Shown here: positions 38,696 through 48,136 of the stretch, piece by piece
Layout: every line of letters starts with the position of its first letter
Numbering within the stretch: position 1 is the stretch's first letter
Source of the DNA: Alphaproteobacteria bacterium
GTDB taxonomy: Bacteria > Pseudomonadota > Alphaproteobacteria > GCA-2746255
Direction: 5' to 3'
NCBI GenBank assembly: GCA_965249135.1
Contig: OZ252220.1
Span: 1,984,001 to 2,048,000, forward strand
DNA length: 64,000 bases
Made by a program: the position numbers and the translations under genes
Notes under the pieces: generated by a model
What the model was told of the DNA's origin: nothing
Seen by the model: the letters and a program-made list of their open reading frames with translations, nothing else
Databases searched by the model: none

Positions 38696-39699
38696 TATGC
38701 CTTCTCCCGAAAGGGATTCCATAGGATTCCGAGAACCATTCCAACCAAGAGGGTGGCGACGAAAAGAGAAAGCCAGGGCAAACCAGTCGAAGCCAGAACC
38801 GCAAGTCCGATAAGTCCTAAATTCGTCGCCAGGACAACATAGACAACGCTCGCATGGCTAAGGCCGCGACGAATCGCCAGTTGATAGAAATGGCTGGCAT
38901 GTGCTTCCCAGATTTGTTCTCCTGCAAACAAACGTCGAATCAGTGTCATTGTCGAATCCGCCAGGTAGTAGAAGGGCAACACCAATGACTCGACCCAATG
39001 GCCACTCGCTGCTAGGGAAATTAAGAGCCAGCCAAGCAAAAAGCCGAGGGGGATACTTCCCACATCGCCAAGAAAAATCTTGGCCGGCGGCCAGTTCCAA
39101 ACTAAGAACCCAAGCGCCGCCGCTGCGATCGTGATCCCGTAATAGGAGAAGCTCGGCGCCAACCCGACGAGCAATGCGACCAGTGCCACGCCGAACCCGA
39201 GAGCCGCAGTCTCCACGCCGGCAATGCCGTCGATTCCATCCATAAAATTAAAGAGATTGAGGAACCAGATCCAGAGAAGGCCTGCCGCAATTCGATCAAG
39301 CAATGGAGGCAGGATTCCTTGAAAAACCATAGCATCGCTTGGGAAGACAATAAGAACGGTCGTGACAGCGATGCCCTGAAACAACAGACGGATCGTCGGA
39401 GATAATCCCTGAAGATCGTCGACCCAAGAAATCGTCGCCAAAAAGAAAGCTGCGCCGAGTAGGGTCCATCCCCCAACCGGGACGGACGGAACGAAATAGA
39501 CGATGGCGCTCCACGCCAACAGCAGTACCGCGATCACACCCAACCCGCCACCGCGCGGTGTGGGTAGGGTGTGGCTGCTGCGCGGGTTTGGATGATCGAG
39601 AACGGCGTACCGATGAAGGAGGTGTCGAACGAAGCCCGTGCTTGCCCAGGCGGCAATTAACGTCACGCCCCCGGCAAGAAAATACGTAAGCCATTCCAT
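38695..39699 (-). CDS. Polyprenyl-phosphate sugar-1-phosphate transferase (MraY/WecA/WbpL family)
   Basis: RSSHTLPTPRGGG, NFMDGIDG, IFLGDVGS, HFYQ. Confidence 0.92.
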   Translation of the reverse strand: MEWLTYFLAGGVTLIAAWASTGFVRHLLHRYAVLDHPNPRSSHTLPTPRGGGLGVIAVLLLAWSAIVYFVPSVPVGGWTLLGAAFFLATISWVDDLQGLSPTIRLLFQGIAVTTVLIVFPSDAMVFQGILPPLLDRIAAGLLWIWFLNLFNFMDGIDGIAGVETAALGFGVALVALLVGLAPSFSYYGITIAAAALGFLVWNWPPAKIFLGDVGSIPLGFLLGWLLISLAASGHWVESLVLPFYYLADSTMTLIRRLFAGEQIWEAHASHFYQLAIRRGLSHASVVYVVLATNLGLIGLAVLASTGLPWLSLFVATLLVGMVLGILWNPFREKA

Positions 39700-39771
39700 G
39701 ATGCGGGTTATAGCCTGCTCACTCGGCTCTCTGCAAAAGCAAGTTCTATGGGTGTGAGGCTACCATTTTCC

Positions 39772-40998
39772 CTAGGAAGTACCCTTTGGTAAGGCTTCAC
39801 CCTTCCCTTCCTCGCCGAGCCCCACCATTACGGCAGTGATTAGAAGCAGCAAAGCAAGCCACCAGGATTGCCATATGCCATAACCAGTAGTAGCAATGGC
39901 AATGCCCGTGACTAGTGCTCCGATGAAAACTGCATTCTGGAATGGATCCAGTCGTCTTCGTTGGATGATGACAAATAACCAAGTCATAAACAGGCCACCG
40001 ATAACGGCTCCAAACAATCCAAGTTCCAGCCACCATTGTAGAATCGCGTTATGTGGATGGAGGGGCAAGATCTCGCCGCCACCTCCAACGTTCCAGACAA
40101 TTTGCGCGCGGCCAGGCATGTCCCTGCCAGTGTCGAGCCCCCATCCCGTGAAAGGGCGCTCTTCGACGCGATCGGCTACGTATTGCCAAATGTAGAGCCG
40201 GTGAATTACCGAAGTTGGAATTTCAGGCACTGCTTCCCAAAGTACTTTTGGTTCGGGGAGGGCGCGCGGAATAAGCGGCGCCAGTGCAGTGCCGGCCATG
40301 GTTAAGCAAATAAATACGATAGCGGTCCGCTTCGGAGAATTTAGCGCAAAAACAAATGCTATTAGACCAATACTGAAACCAACCAGCGATGAAGCATTTT
40401 CAAGTTGGATAAGAATGGCAAATAATAAGGCAAAAACCGTAACAATCATCCAAGGGCGGGGTTTTGGTCCGATCGATAATAGGATCGGCCATGCAAGTAG
40501 TGTGACAAGCGTAGTCCAGCGATTGAACTTCGTATATAGCGGGTATTGTTCGCCCCAAAGTGGATTGTCCCAGCGATAAATTGCTAGGTCTGTGAAGACC
40601 TCGATTGTCATGAATAGCGTTGCAACTGCAAATCCGGCTAGCAATGCTAGGCTAATCGGGTGCCGTTCATGCGGCTCCAGTGCGCGCGCTCCTGCCAGCA
40701 ACACAAGCCCACATGCAGCAATACCGATAAGTTCGAGCGCTTGAGTCACACTCCTTTCCGGTGCGACGGACCACAAGCTGCTTACCCCTCCCCAAGAAGC
40801 AAGAACGATAAAAAAAGCTGCAGCTATCCAAGAGATCTTCAATCGACCCGTTTTTCGGCAGAAAGAAAGAACGAGAATTAGCAATGTCATAAGAATTAGA
40901 AGTGGCATAAAAAATCCGGATAGATATACGCCGAGCGTTGGAATAAAAAATGCACATGTGGCCAGAAGGTGTCCGTTATGCAGTTCGCGAAGTCTCAC
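39772..40998 (-). CDS. O-antigen ligase (WaaL-like)
   Basis: Multi-TM protein, HRLYIW, GWGLD, LHPHNAILQWWLELG. Confidence 0.85.
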   Translation of the reverse strand: MRLRELHNGHLLATCAFFIPTLGVYLSGFFMPLLILMTLLILVLSFCRKTGRLKISWIAAAFFIVLASWGGVSSLWSVAPERSVTQALELIGIAACGLVLLAGARALEPHERHPISLALLAGFAVATLFMTIEVFTDLAIYRWDNPLWGEQYPLYTKFNRWTTLVTLLAWPILLSIGPKPRPWMIVTVFALLFAILIQLENASSLVGFSIGLIAFVFALNSPKRTAIVFICLTMAGTALAPLIPRALPEPKVLWEAVPEIPTSVIHRLYIWQYVADRVEERPFTGWGLDTGRDMPGRAQIVWNVGGGGEILPLHPHNAILQWWLELGLFGAVIGGLFMTWLFVIIQRRRLDPFQNAVFIGALVTGIAIATTGYGIWQSWWLALLLLITAVMVGLGEEGKGEALPKGTS

Positions 40999-41795
40999 CG
41001 AAAATGTGCCCCTCGAGAAGGATGAAGAAAGAAGTAATCACGCCACGGCTCGTCTATTACCGTGTCTACTCGCTTTGGTTTTCCGTCTTTTAGACAATAG
41101 GGCTCATAACCTCGAGATTCAAAGAAACCGAAAACCTCTTCTTTCGAAGCGTTGAAACTACCTTCAAGTGCGTGAGGGTGAATTTCAATGAGTGCATTTG
41201 GAAGATTACGGTCGATCATTCGTTCTCCGCCCCTAAGCACCTTGTATTCCGCCCCCTCTACGTCGCATCTTAGAAAGTCGATTTTCTCAATGCGATTTCG
41301 TTTGCAAAAAGCATCGAGGGTTACCGCTTGAGTCAGTTCCGTGACAACGTCTTCCATCTGAATGTCAGGGAAAGAAGCGCGGCCTTCTTCTAAGGCGGCG
41401 ACATGGCCGAAAGAATGGCCAAGACGGCCACTCGTCTTCACGGGCACAATAAGATCAAGTTCGCCAATGTGGTCCATGAGGGCAACGTTAAAACAGCTTA
41501 CGTTCCCAAGTCCATGAAACGCCATGGCGCGCTTTAAAATCTCAAAGCTGTAACTCGAGGGCTCAAAGCAGTAGACGTGGCCTCGCTCTGCGAGACGGGC
41601 CATCACCAATGTATGCCTTCCATCGCTGGCCCCAACGTGCAGACAGATGTCATCTGACTGAATGATATCTTTTAGATAGGCCACTTCGGGTTCGAATTTA
41701 TAGTGGCGCAGATTTCTGGAGATGACGCGAGCTGTTGCCATCCAGGATCGCAGGGGTTTACCCATTATCGTCCAGATATCCTCATTCCGGAACAA
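40995..41795 (-). CDS. FkbM-family methyltransferase
   Basis: HVGASDG, CFEP, TLDAF, DVEGAEYKVLRG. Confidence 0.88.
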   Translation of the reverse strand: MFRNEDIWTIMGKPLRSWMATARVISRNLRHYKFEPEVAYLKDIIQSDDICLHVGASDGRHTLVMARLAERGHVYCFEPSSYSFEILKRAMAFHGLGNVSCFNVALMDHIGELDLIVPVKTSGRLGHSFGHVAALEEGRASFPDIQMEDVVTELTQAVTLDAFCKRNRIEKIDFLRCDVEGAEYKVLRGGERMIDRNLPNALIEIHPHALEGSFNASKEEVFGFFESRGYEPYCLKDGKPKRVDTVIDEPWRDYFFLHPSRGAHFR

Positions 41796-41811
41796 GAGGC
41801 ACCGTCCAGTG

Positions 41812-43542
41812 TTAAGCTGTTTTGTGTGATGGAATGCGTTTGAATGCCCACTTCACTTGGATGGGGCTTCCTTCCAGCGGGCCGCTGACAACAATTTGTT
41901 CGCTGCGATACATTTTACGCCAATCGCCAAGGTAAGCGCTTTTTTCAAGGTGGATCACACCACCAATGGCTTGAAATTTCCAGCCACCGCCTTTTGGAAG
42001 ACGAAGCAAGGCGGTAAAACCATCACGTGCCAATGAGATAGAAATATTTGGGTGCAGATGAAAACGAATATCGAATCGAGACTCACCGAGTCCATCGATG
42101 TGGTCTTCGCCACGCAAGTCCTCTCCATCTGCTGAAAGATAAAGCCGTCGTCGGTGCACAAGACCGAACGGCCCGCGATAGCCATCGTGGCTTCCCTCGA
42201 CCCAAACGTTGCCGTCTTTCTCATCGCGGCGGCAGGTTACCTTGCGAGGTCGTCGTCCTATACTTCCATCCGAAAGAATCTCTGACGAATTCGTATCCTC
42301 GATCGTAACGGTCGAATGGGCTGCGGTTGAACGGATAGCCTCACGCCACTCATTCTTGTTTCCTGCGTAGGCGCCACTATTTACGACTAGGCGTTCCTTG
42401 CCGCTGCTCATTTCGAAAGAAAGGGTTCCGGCATGGGGTTGTTGAATGCCAGGTGCAGCGGGTTCGGGTACGCCGGTGTCAAAAAGAACAAGTGCGCGGC
42501 CAGCCACCAGTCGCTCGAAGCCTGTATAGGGAGCGCTTTCCGGTGGATTGCCACTCGCATCTGCTCGTCCTAGCACCATGTCGATCAACCAGCTTTCTTC
42601 CTCATGCGCACCATTGAAAAGAGCAAGCCCTCCATCACCATGTCGGAAGAAACGAAGCATGGCTCCCATACGATCCGTCGTCGATTGCAGCACTCCAGGC
42701 ACTTCGCGATGGGTAGACAAAAGAAGCGCTCGGATCTCCGCAAGATCACGAAGAACGACAAGCTGAACGGAAGGACTCCGAAGGATGTGTCCGCCGTCGC
42801 TATAGATCTGTCGGGATATTTCCTTCTCCAGCAGTCGGAGACCGCTTTCAAGGTACGGCTCATGCTTTGCAAAGACGGCGCCGACATAAATCAGGCCTTT
42901 GGCAACGGCGATTCGGGCCGGGCCATGAAGATGGCCGGGAGCTGCGCGATAAAGGTGCCGCGCCTGGCGTGCAAGAGAGGCTAGAAAAGTGATGCGGAAA
43001 CTGTCTTCTGCACCGGCACATAGAAATTCACCATGACTGGCCCAGGAAGAAAGGCGCGAGCCAAGCACATCGGCGCGCCAACCGATTGGATGCCAAAAAT
43101 GATTGGCTTCGATCCAGTCAAGGATAAGCTTACGTCCCTGACGGCGTGCCGCATCCGACCCGATCGAGCGAAGGTCACGCAACCAGGCAAAACCATGCAG
43201 CTCGGCAAGCCAGTTTGGGTCTACCCCAGGCGCCCCCCAAAACCGCGCCTCGTGGCGGATGGTCGTACCCTGGAAGGCGAAGGTGTTGTTGAGGATGGCC
43301 TCGCCGCGCTCGTAATTGCCTGGCCATGGATCCGAGGGGATGACTTCAAGGCGCCTTGGCGCCTTTCCGATCAGGAAGAGCGAGTAGAGTGGGTTTCCAC
43401 AGAAAACGCTTTCGAAACCGCTCTTAAGTTTCCGAAGGTAACGCTGCAGCCAAATGCTGAAAGCCGACGTTCCTGAACCCGTGTGGGCATAGAGTTCAGA
43501 CGGTTGGACCGCACTTCCTTTAAGCCCGTCTAGAGGTGACAT
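41812..43542 (-). CDS. Heparinase II/III-family protein
   Basis: [43 protein letters not shown]. Confidence 0.88.
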   Translation of the reverse strand: MSPLDGLKGSAVQPSELYAHTGSGTSAFSIWLQRYLRKLKSGFESVFCGNPLYSLFLIGKAPRRLEVIPSDPWPGNYERGEAILNNTFAFQGTTIRHEARFWGAPGVDPNWLAELHGFAWLRDLRSIGSDAARRQGRKLILDWIEANHFWHPIGWRADVLGSRLSSWASHGEFLCAGAEDSFRITFLASLARQARHLYRAAPGHLHGPARIAVAKGLIYVGAVFAKHEPYLESGLRLLEKEISRQIYSDGGHILRSPSVQLVVLRDLAEIRALLLSTHREVPGVLQSTTDRMGAMLRFFRHGDGGLALFNGAHEEESWLIDMVLGRADASGNPPESAPYTGFERLVAGRALVLFDTGVPEPAAPGIQQPHAGTLSFEMSSGKERLVVNSGAYAGNKNEWREAIRSTAAHSTVTIEDTNSSEILSDGSIGRRPRKVTCRRDEKDGNVWVEGSHDGYRGPFGLVHRRRLYLSADGEDLRGEDHIDGLGESRFDIRFHLHPNISISLARDGFTALLRLPKGGGWKFQAIGGVIHLEKSAYLGDWRKMYRSEQIVVSGPLEGSPIQVKWAFKRIPSHKTA

Positions 43543-44206
43543 CAAACCCATTCCGGAGGTGCTGGATATTTTCGGCATAGCGGTTTGGACCGCCTTTAAA
43601 TGTGGCGGTTCCGGCCACTAGCACATCGGCCCCCGCCGCGACGGCTTCAGCTGCGGTTTTTACATTAATGCCGCCATCGACCTCGAGGTCGATGGCCCGG
43701 CCATTCGCGTCGATTCGTTCTCGCAATGCGCGAATTTTTTCCAGTTGCGACCGAAGGAAGGCCTGTCCCCCAAAGCCCGGGTTGACGGTCATGACGAGCA
43801 CCAGTTCGATGTCGTGGAAGACGTTTTCCACGGCCTCCAATGGCGTTCCCGGATTTAACGAGACCCCGGCTTTCTTGCCGGCTGACTTGATGAGTTGAAC
43901 CGTGCGGTGGAGATGCGGCCCCGCCTCGGGATGAACGGTGATGATGTCGGCTCCGGCTTCTGCAAACTGTGCGACGTAAGGATCGACCGGACTAATCATC
44001 AAGTGGACATCAAAGGGCAGATCCGTATATGGCCGGAGTGCCGCCACGACCGAGGGCCCGATGGTGAGATTCGGGACGAAGTGGCCGTCCATGATGTCAA
44101 TGTGGATGTAATCCGCGCCTGCTGCGCTGATCGCCTGGATCTCCTCGCCTAATTTTGCGAAATCGGCGGAGAGGATGGAGGGGGCAATCCGCGTAGGCTG
44201 CTGCAT
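43520..44206 (-). CDS. rpe: Ribulose-phosphate 3-epimerase
   Basis: [33 protein letters not shown]. Confidence 0.97.
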   Translation of the reverse strand: MQQPTRIAPSILSADFAKLGEEIQAISAAGADYIHIDIMDGHFVPNLTIGPSVVAALRPYTDLPFDVHLMISPVDPYVAQFAEAGADIITVHPEAGPHLHRTVQLIKSAGKKAGVSLNPGTPLEAVENVFHDIELVLVMTVNPGFGGQAFLRSQLEKIRALRERIDANGRAIDLEVDGGINVKTAAEAVAAGADVLVAGTATFKGGPNRYAENIQHLRNGFDVTSRRA

Positions 44207-44282
44207 GGCGCTTTCCTAACAGCTTCCCGGGTGGCTCGCAAGACGAAGCAGGAAAGGGGGAATGGCAATGGACTCAGAGGGT

Positions 44283-45575
44283 TCAGCGCAGTTTTCGAAG
44301 GCGGGCCGCGTAGAAGCCGTCCATGCCGCCGAGCGTATCGAGATGCGAGGGTAGCGTGCGAAGATCGCCTACCGGGGTGAGCAATTCACCGATCCCGCCG
44401 ACCTCATCCGGCTCGATCGGCAAACGCACCAGTGGCGCGCCTTTTGCCAGCAGCGCTTCGATCCGTTTTTCCGCCTCCTCCGGCTGCAGCGAGCACACCG
44501 CATAAACGAGGATTCCATCGTCTGCCATCATCGCAACGGCGGACTGAAGCAACGCATCCTGTATGACCGCCAGCTTCTTGATGTCGTCCGGCGTCTTCTG
44601 CCAGGCAATGTCCGGATGGCGCCGTATCGTGCCAGTCGCACTGCAGGGGGCATCCAGAAGGACGAAGGAGGCGGGTTGCTCCGGTTTCCAATCGGTGGCA
44701 TCCGCCTCGATGGTTTGTGCGTCCAGATGAAGGCGGGCAAGATTCTCGTGAAGAAGCCCCAAACGCGAAGGCGAGCGATCGATGGCGATTACACGCGCCC
44801 CATGATCGGCAAGTTGGGCTGCCTTTCCCCCAGGGGCGGCGCAAAGGTCCAGAACGAAGGCATCCTCCACATTGCCGAAAAGCTTCGCCGGAATGGCGGC
44901 GGCTGCATCCTGCACCCACCAGATACCTTCCCCATAGCCGGGAAGCGCATCGATGGACCCATGTGTGTGCAATCGAAAGCTTCCTGTAGGAAGCAGCGTT
45001 GCATCGAGTTTTGCGGCGAAATTTTCCATGCCCTGTCGAAAGGTAAAATCCAAAGGTGCTTTCCGAAGATGGGCGAGGGCAATCTCTCGGCAAATTTCCC
45101 CTCCATAGGCATGCTGCCACGATTCCCAAAGCCAGGCCGGTGTATTGAGGTGCGCCGCATCGTACGATCGAAGCAGTTTCGTTCCCTCTTGCGACAGACG
45201 GCGAAGAACCGCATTCACAAGCCCCTTGTAGAAGGCGAACGGAGTGGCGTGAAGAAGCTCGACGCTGCTGTCGACAGCGGCATGCGGAGGGGTTTTGAGG
45301 AAGCAAAGCTGTGCGATTCCTATACGCAACACATCCCGCACGATGGCGGCTTTTCGTGGGAGCGGCTTTTCGAGGACGTGATCGATGAGGGCGTCGATCT
45401 CGCCAAGATGGCGAAGGGTGGTGGCGACGAGATTGTAAACGAAGGCGCGATCGCGCGGATCGAAACTGGCGATTCCGGGGTCCTCCGCGAAGGCTTCCTC
45501 GAAAGGCGCCTTCCGGCCAAGCACGGCGGCAAGAAGGTCGAGAATGGAACGACGCGGGTTTCGAAAACGGTTCAT
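44283..45575 (-). CDS. rsmB: RsmB/NOP-family rRNA m5C methyltransferase with NusB-like N-terminus
   Basis: DLCAAPGGK, DAPCSATGTIRRHPD, VCSLQPEE. Confidence 0.9.
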   Translation of the reverse strand: MNRFRNPRRSILDLLAAVLGRKAPFEEAFAEDPGIASFDPRDRAFVYNLVATTLRHLGEIDALIDHVLEKPLPRKAAIVRDVLRIGIAQLCFLKTPPHAAVDSSVELLHATPFAFYKGLVNAVLRRLSQEGTKLLRSYDAAHLNTPAWLWESWQHAYGGEICREIALAHLRKAPLDFTFRQGMENFAAKLDATLLPTGSFRLHTHGSIDALPGYGEGIWWVQDAAAAIPAKLFGNVEDAFVLDLCAAPGGKAAQLADHGARVIAIDRSPSRLGLLHENLARLHLDAQTIEADATDWKPEQPASFVLLDAPCSATGTIRRHPDIAWQKTPDDIKKLAVIQDALLQSAVAMMADDGILVYAVCSLQPEEAEKRIEALLAKGAPLVRLPIEPDEVGGIGELLTPVGDLRTLPSHLDTLGGMDGFYAARLRKLR

Positions 45576-45629
45576 GAGCCAAACCGACGATGCTAAGCTT
45601 CGGGTCCTAATCTCTCTCAGAGGTTTTCG

Positions 45630-45830
45630 ATGGCTGCAAGCTCCGATAAGCCAACACCATCCGCCGTACCTTCCGCGAGAAGGGTGGAAGGGAAGAAGAA
45701 GCGAAAACGAAAAAAAGGCAGCCCGCCGGGTCCGACGAAGGCGGCTCCTGCCGAAATCGGCGGGCCGAAAGGGCCGGAGCCGACCCGCTATGGCGATTGG
45801 GAGCGAAAGGGCCGTTGCTCGGATTTCTAG
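45630..45830 (+). CDS. DUF1674 / SDH assembly factor 4-like small protein
   Basis: EIGGPKGPEPTRYGDWERKGRCSDF. Confidence 0.92.
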   Translation: MAASSDKPTPSAVPSARRVEGKKKRKRKKGSPPGPTKAAPAEIGGPKGPEPTRYGDWERKGRCSDF

Positions 45831-45997
45831 GCGCCGGAAAATTAGGCCTTAATTCCCAATTATATACTTTAAAAATACACCATATCTTGTTAAAAAATGG
45901 ATATCTAGTAAAGGCACGGCGTCAGCATCCTCTCTCTGGTAGAGAGAACTTGCCAAAGACGGCCGTTTCTGGAATCGATGCAAGGTTGAATGCTAGG

Positions 45998-46026
45998 AAA
46001 AAGGCCGGGGCTTGTAATCCCGGCCT
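45998..46026 (-). terminator. Intrinsic terminator inside the IS
   Basis: AGGCCGGG/CCCGGCCT stem followed by a U tract on the minus strand. Confidence 0.6.
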
Positions 46027-46117
46027 CTATAGGCGTCCCCGCTGCAATTTATCGGAACCGCCGCGGGGCATTGGATTTCTGTAGTAGGGCTTATCTAGCC
46101 TCAAGCGCTTCCTTCGT

Positions 46118-46193
46118 CAAGGCGGTTCTCTTACGAGAAGGAGAACCGCTATGAACAAGGCGGTTCTCTTACGAGAAGGAGAACCGCTATGAA
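46118..46193 (+). repeat. Perfect 2 x 38-bp tandem repeat; each unit is a hairpin containing an RBS and followed by ATG
   Basis: CAAGGCGGTTCTCTTACGAGAAGGAGAACCGCTATGAA twice. Confidence 0.95.
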
Positions 46194-46422
46194 AAAGCGG
46201 AAAATCGTTGATGCAAGGGCGGACAAAGAGGGTGACATCACCCATGTCCGTTTCGAAGATAACTCTCGATTTACCTCTGTCGAGCAGGCCATTCCGATGG
46301 CCGATCGCGGGGAAATCAAAGACACCCATGTTGTCAGACGCCAAAATGCGAAGACGCACTTGCGGACGGACCGCGATGGCAGGAAAAGCAACAACCTCGA
46401 TTACATGGCTGGCGGCGGCTAA
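46189..46422 (+). CDS. DUF3892-like small protein (IS passenger)
   Basis: AAGGAG RBS; GDITHV...AI...G.I...HVV...HLRTDRDG..SNNLD pattern. Confidence 0.75.
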   Translation: MKKRKIVDARADKEGDITHVRFEDNSRFTSVEQAIPMADRGEIKDTHVVRRQNAKTHLRTDRDGRKSNNLDYMAGGG

Positions 46423-46602
46423 AGCCAGTAGGTGAAGCGCGGCTTCATAACGCGTTCATTCCTGTAATCGTCGAGATTCCGATACAGGTTGGCCGTTATG
46501 GAGCCGTCTTCATCGTCCCGGTTCATCGTCCCGGAATATTTCGCTCGCGATATAAATTTTATCGTCCAAGACGACGAGATAATCATAGTTTCTCAGCATC
46601 AT
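46419..46602 (-). pseudogene. Small hypothetical passenger ORF interrupted by a 13-bp duplication
   Basis: Removing one TTCATCGTCCCGG copy gives MMLRNYDYLVVLDDKIYIASEIFRDDEDGSITANLYRNLDDYRNERVMKPRFTYWL*. Confidence 0.35.
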
Positions 46603-46753
46603 CGCGGTGCTTCGTTTGCGGTTTGGCTTTTGGTTTACGTGGACGCGGGGGCGTGTTCAACATGCGACGAATGACTGCTTTTTCAATAGGACGCTGGCGG
46701 ATGCTCTTATCGGTCACGACTTTGTTTTTATTACCTTTTTTTGTATCAGTCAT
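46583..46753 (-). CDS. 56-aa basic peptide with RRMLNTPP motif, a type I recall downstream of IS1595 transposases
   Basis: MTDTKKGNKNKVVTDKSIRQRPIEKAVIRRMLNTPPRPRKPKAKPQTKHRDDAEKL; below the ORF-track cutoff. Confidence 0.55.
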   Translation of the reverse strand: MTDTKKGNKNKVVTDKSIRQRPIEKAVIRRMLNTPPRPRKPKAKPQTKHRDDAEKL

Positions 46754-46756
46754 CGT

Positions 46757-47005
46757 AGCTACCTTGGGCTGGTAAAAAATAAACGGCTGCTTTTAAAGAG
46801 GGGGTGAACAATACCGTGCAGCAAACCATTTCGCGGGATAAATGGGAGGTCGCTTTTCTCGAATCGGCAAAAGACACCCTGTTATGGGCGGCTGATTATT
46901 GTGCTTGGGCCATACAAAGGAAGTGGGAGACTGGCGATACTCGCTCCTTTGATTTGATTGCCGATAAGGTGGCAGTGGAGGCAGGGTACACGCCATTACT
47001 ATTAA
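46757..47005 (+). pseudogene. C-terminal remnant of a DUF3800-like gene
   Basis: AAFKEGVNNTVQQ...S.KD..L..ADYCAWAIQRKWETGDTRSFDLIADKV, then GTRHYY-TAA in another frame; in-frame stop upstream and no N-terminal half. Confidence 0.55.
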
Positions 47006-47008
47006 AGA

Positions 47009-47081
47009 AAGCGAGACCCGCAATCTTAGCTATCCTTTCGGAGGTGCCCAGGGGCACTTTCGCTAAGCAAGGGTCCCGCTT
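47009..47081 (+). ncRNA. Candidate structured RNA 3' of the DUF3800-like remnant
   Basis: Nested pairings AAGCG/CGCTT, GACCC/GGGTC and CTTAGC/GCTAAG enclose hairpins TCC-TTTC-GGA and GTGCC-CAGG-GGCAC. Confidence 0.5.
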
Positions 47082-47211
47082 CTGGAACCTACAGAATCAC
47101 GGCTGGCAAGGAAGGTCAAATCACAATCAACCGCGCCTCAACCAAACCAACCATCTAGCTTTTTCAAGCACTTGTCGGACGTTTAGCCTGGCAAGCCGAA
47201 GCTTCGGCAAT

Positions 47212-48136
47212 TCACCACCCTTGAGACCTCCCATAGGTAAGCCGTTTGCCTTCGATGCCTCTTAAGGCCATATCCGCACGGGTGGCATCCTCAATCTTGC
47301 GGGTGTTGTAGCGGAAATCGAACTCCGCCAGGTACCGATGAAGGTGTTTCTCTTGGCAGTGCTGGTAAACGCCCCTCATGCCCCGTTTAAATACGCTGAA
47401 ATAGGTTTCCACGGCATTCGTGGACTCACCCGAAGGGCCGACATACTGACCCCTAGCGTGAACGACCGTCCTGTGGGCTGCGAACTCCTTGCCAAGTTTC
47501 GTATAGATGCGGCTTTCGTCCGTATGCAATTCCGACTTGCGGGAGATGTGACGGACGAGAATTTCACGCACCGTCCGGGCATTGGCCGTTTTAACATTGA
47601 AGGAGCGAACACTACCGCCGGGCTCTACTAGGGTCACGACCGAGCGCTTTTTGGACAGGCCCTTTTTCTCCGGCCATTTCTTGCCGCGCACTACATCCTT
47701 GGAGCCGAAGTAGGTTTCGTCCACCTGGATGGCCTTGCCGGGGCCGCCCATAGGCGAGGAATTGTCCCCTCGCATGGGCCTCGCGGATGCGGTGGGCCAT
47801 GAACCACGCCGTCTTGTAGGTAATGCCAAGCATCCTGTGTAGTTGGTGGGCGCTCATGCCCTTCTTGGAGGCGCAAATAAGGTGGTTCGCCGCCAACCAT
47901 TTATGCAGGGGGACGTGGGAGCGCTCGAAAAGGGTGCCTACCGTCACGGAGAACTGCTTTCTGCAAGCGCCGCAATGCCATAGGCCGGGGCGGGCTGCCT
48001 TGCCGCGAATTCGCGTCGAGCGGCCTTTCTTGCCACAATGAGGGCAAGTAGGAATTTTGTCCGGCCAGCGGGCCGATTCCAGCCATTTCCGGGCTGTTTT
48101 CTCGTCGTGAAACCGCTTTTCACCAAGGCTTACCAT
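47212..48136 (-). CDS. IS1595-family DDE transposase with N-terminal Zn ribbon; +1 frameshift near 47778
   Basis: CPHC...CGAC, FSVTVGTLFERSH, TAWFMAHRIREA, VDETY, HTDE, TNAVE, HLHRYLAEFDFRYN; extra C in GAGGCCCATG. Confidence 0.93.

Noticed and set aside
44404-45596. Long alternative-frame and antisense ORFs (for example 392 aa and 326 aa over rsmB, similar ones over fadN, lysA and argH)
   Set aside because: These are shadow ORFs expected in GC-rich coding DNA; they have no recognisable motifs and overlap confident genes.
46118-46193. 38-bp palindromic direct repeat as a CRISPR array
   Set aside because: Only two adjacent copies, no spacer, and no cas genes in the window.
46804-47265. 153-aa ORF as an intact passenger gene
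   Set aside because: Only the first third looks protein-like (DUF3800-type C-terminus); the rest reads through the structured RNA and overlaps the transposase end.
47765-47790. Programmed frameshift in the IS1595 transposase
   Set aside because: No slippery heptamer is present, IS1595 transposases are normally single ORFs, and one extra C explains the break.
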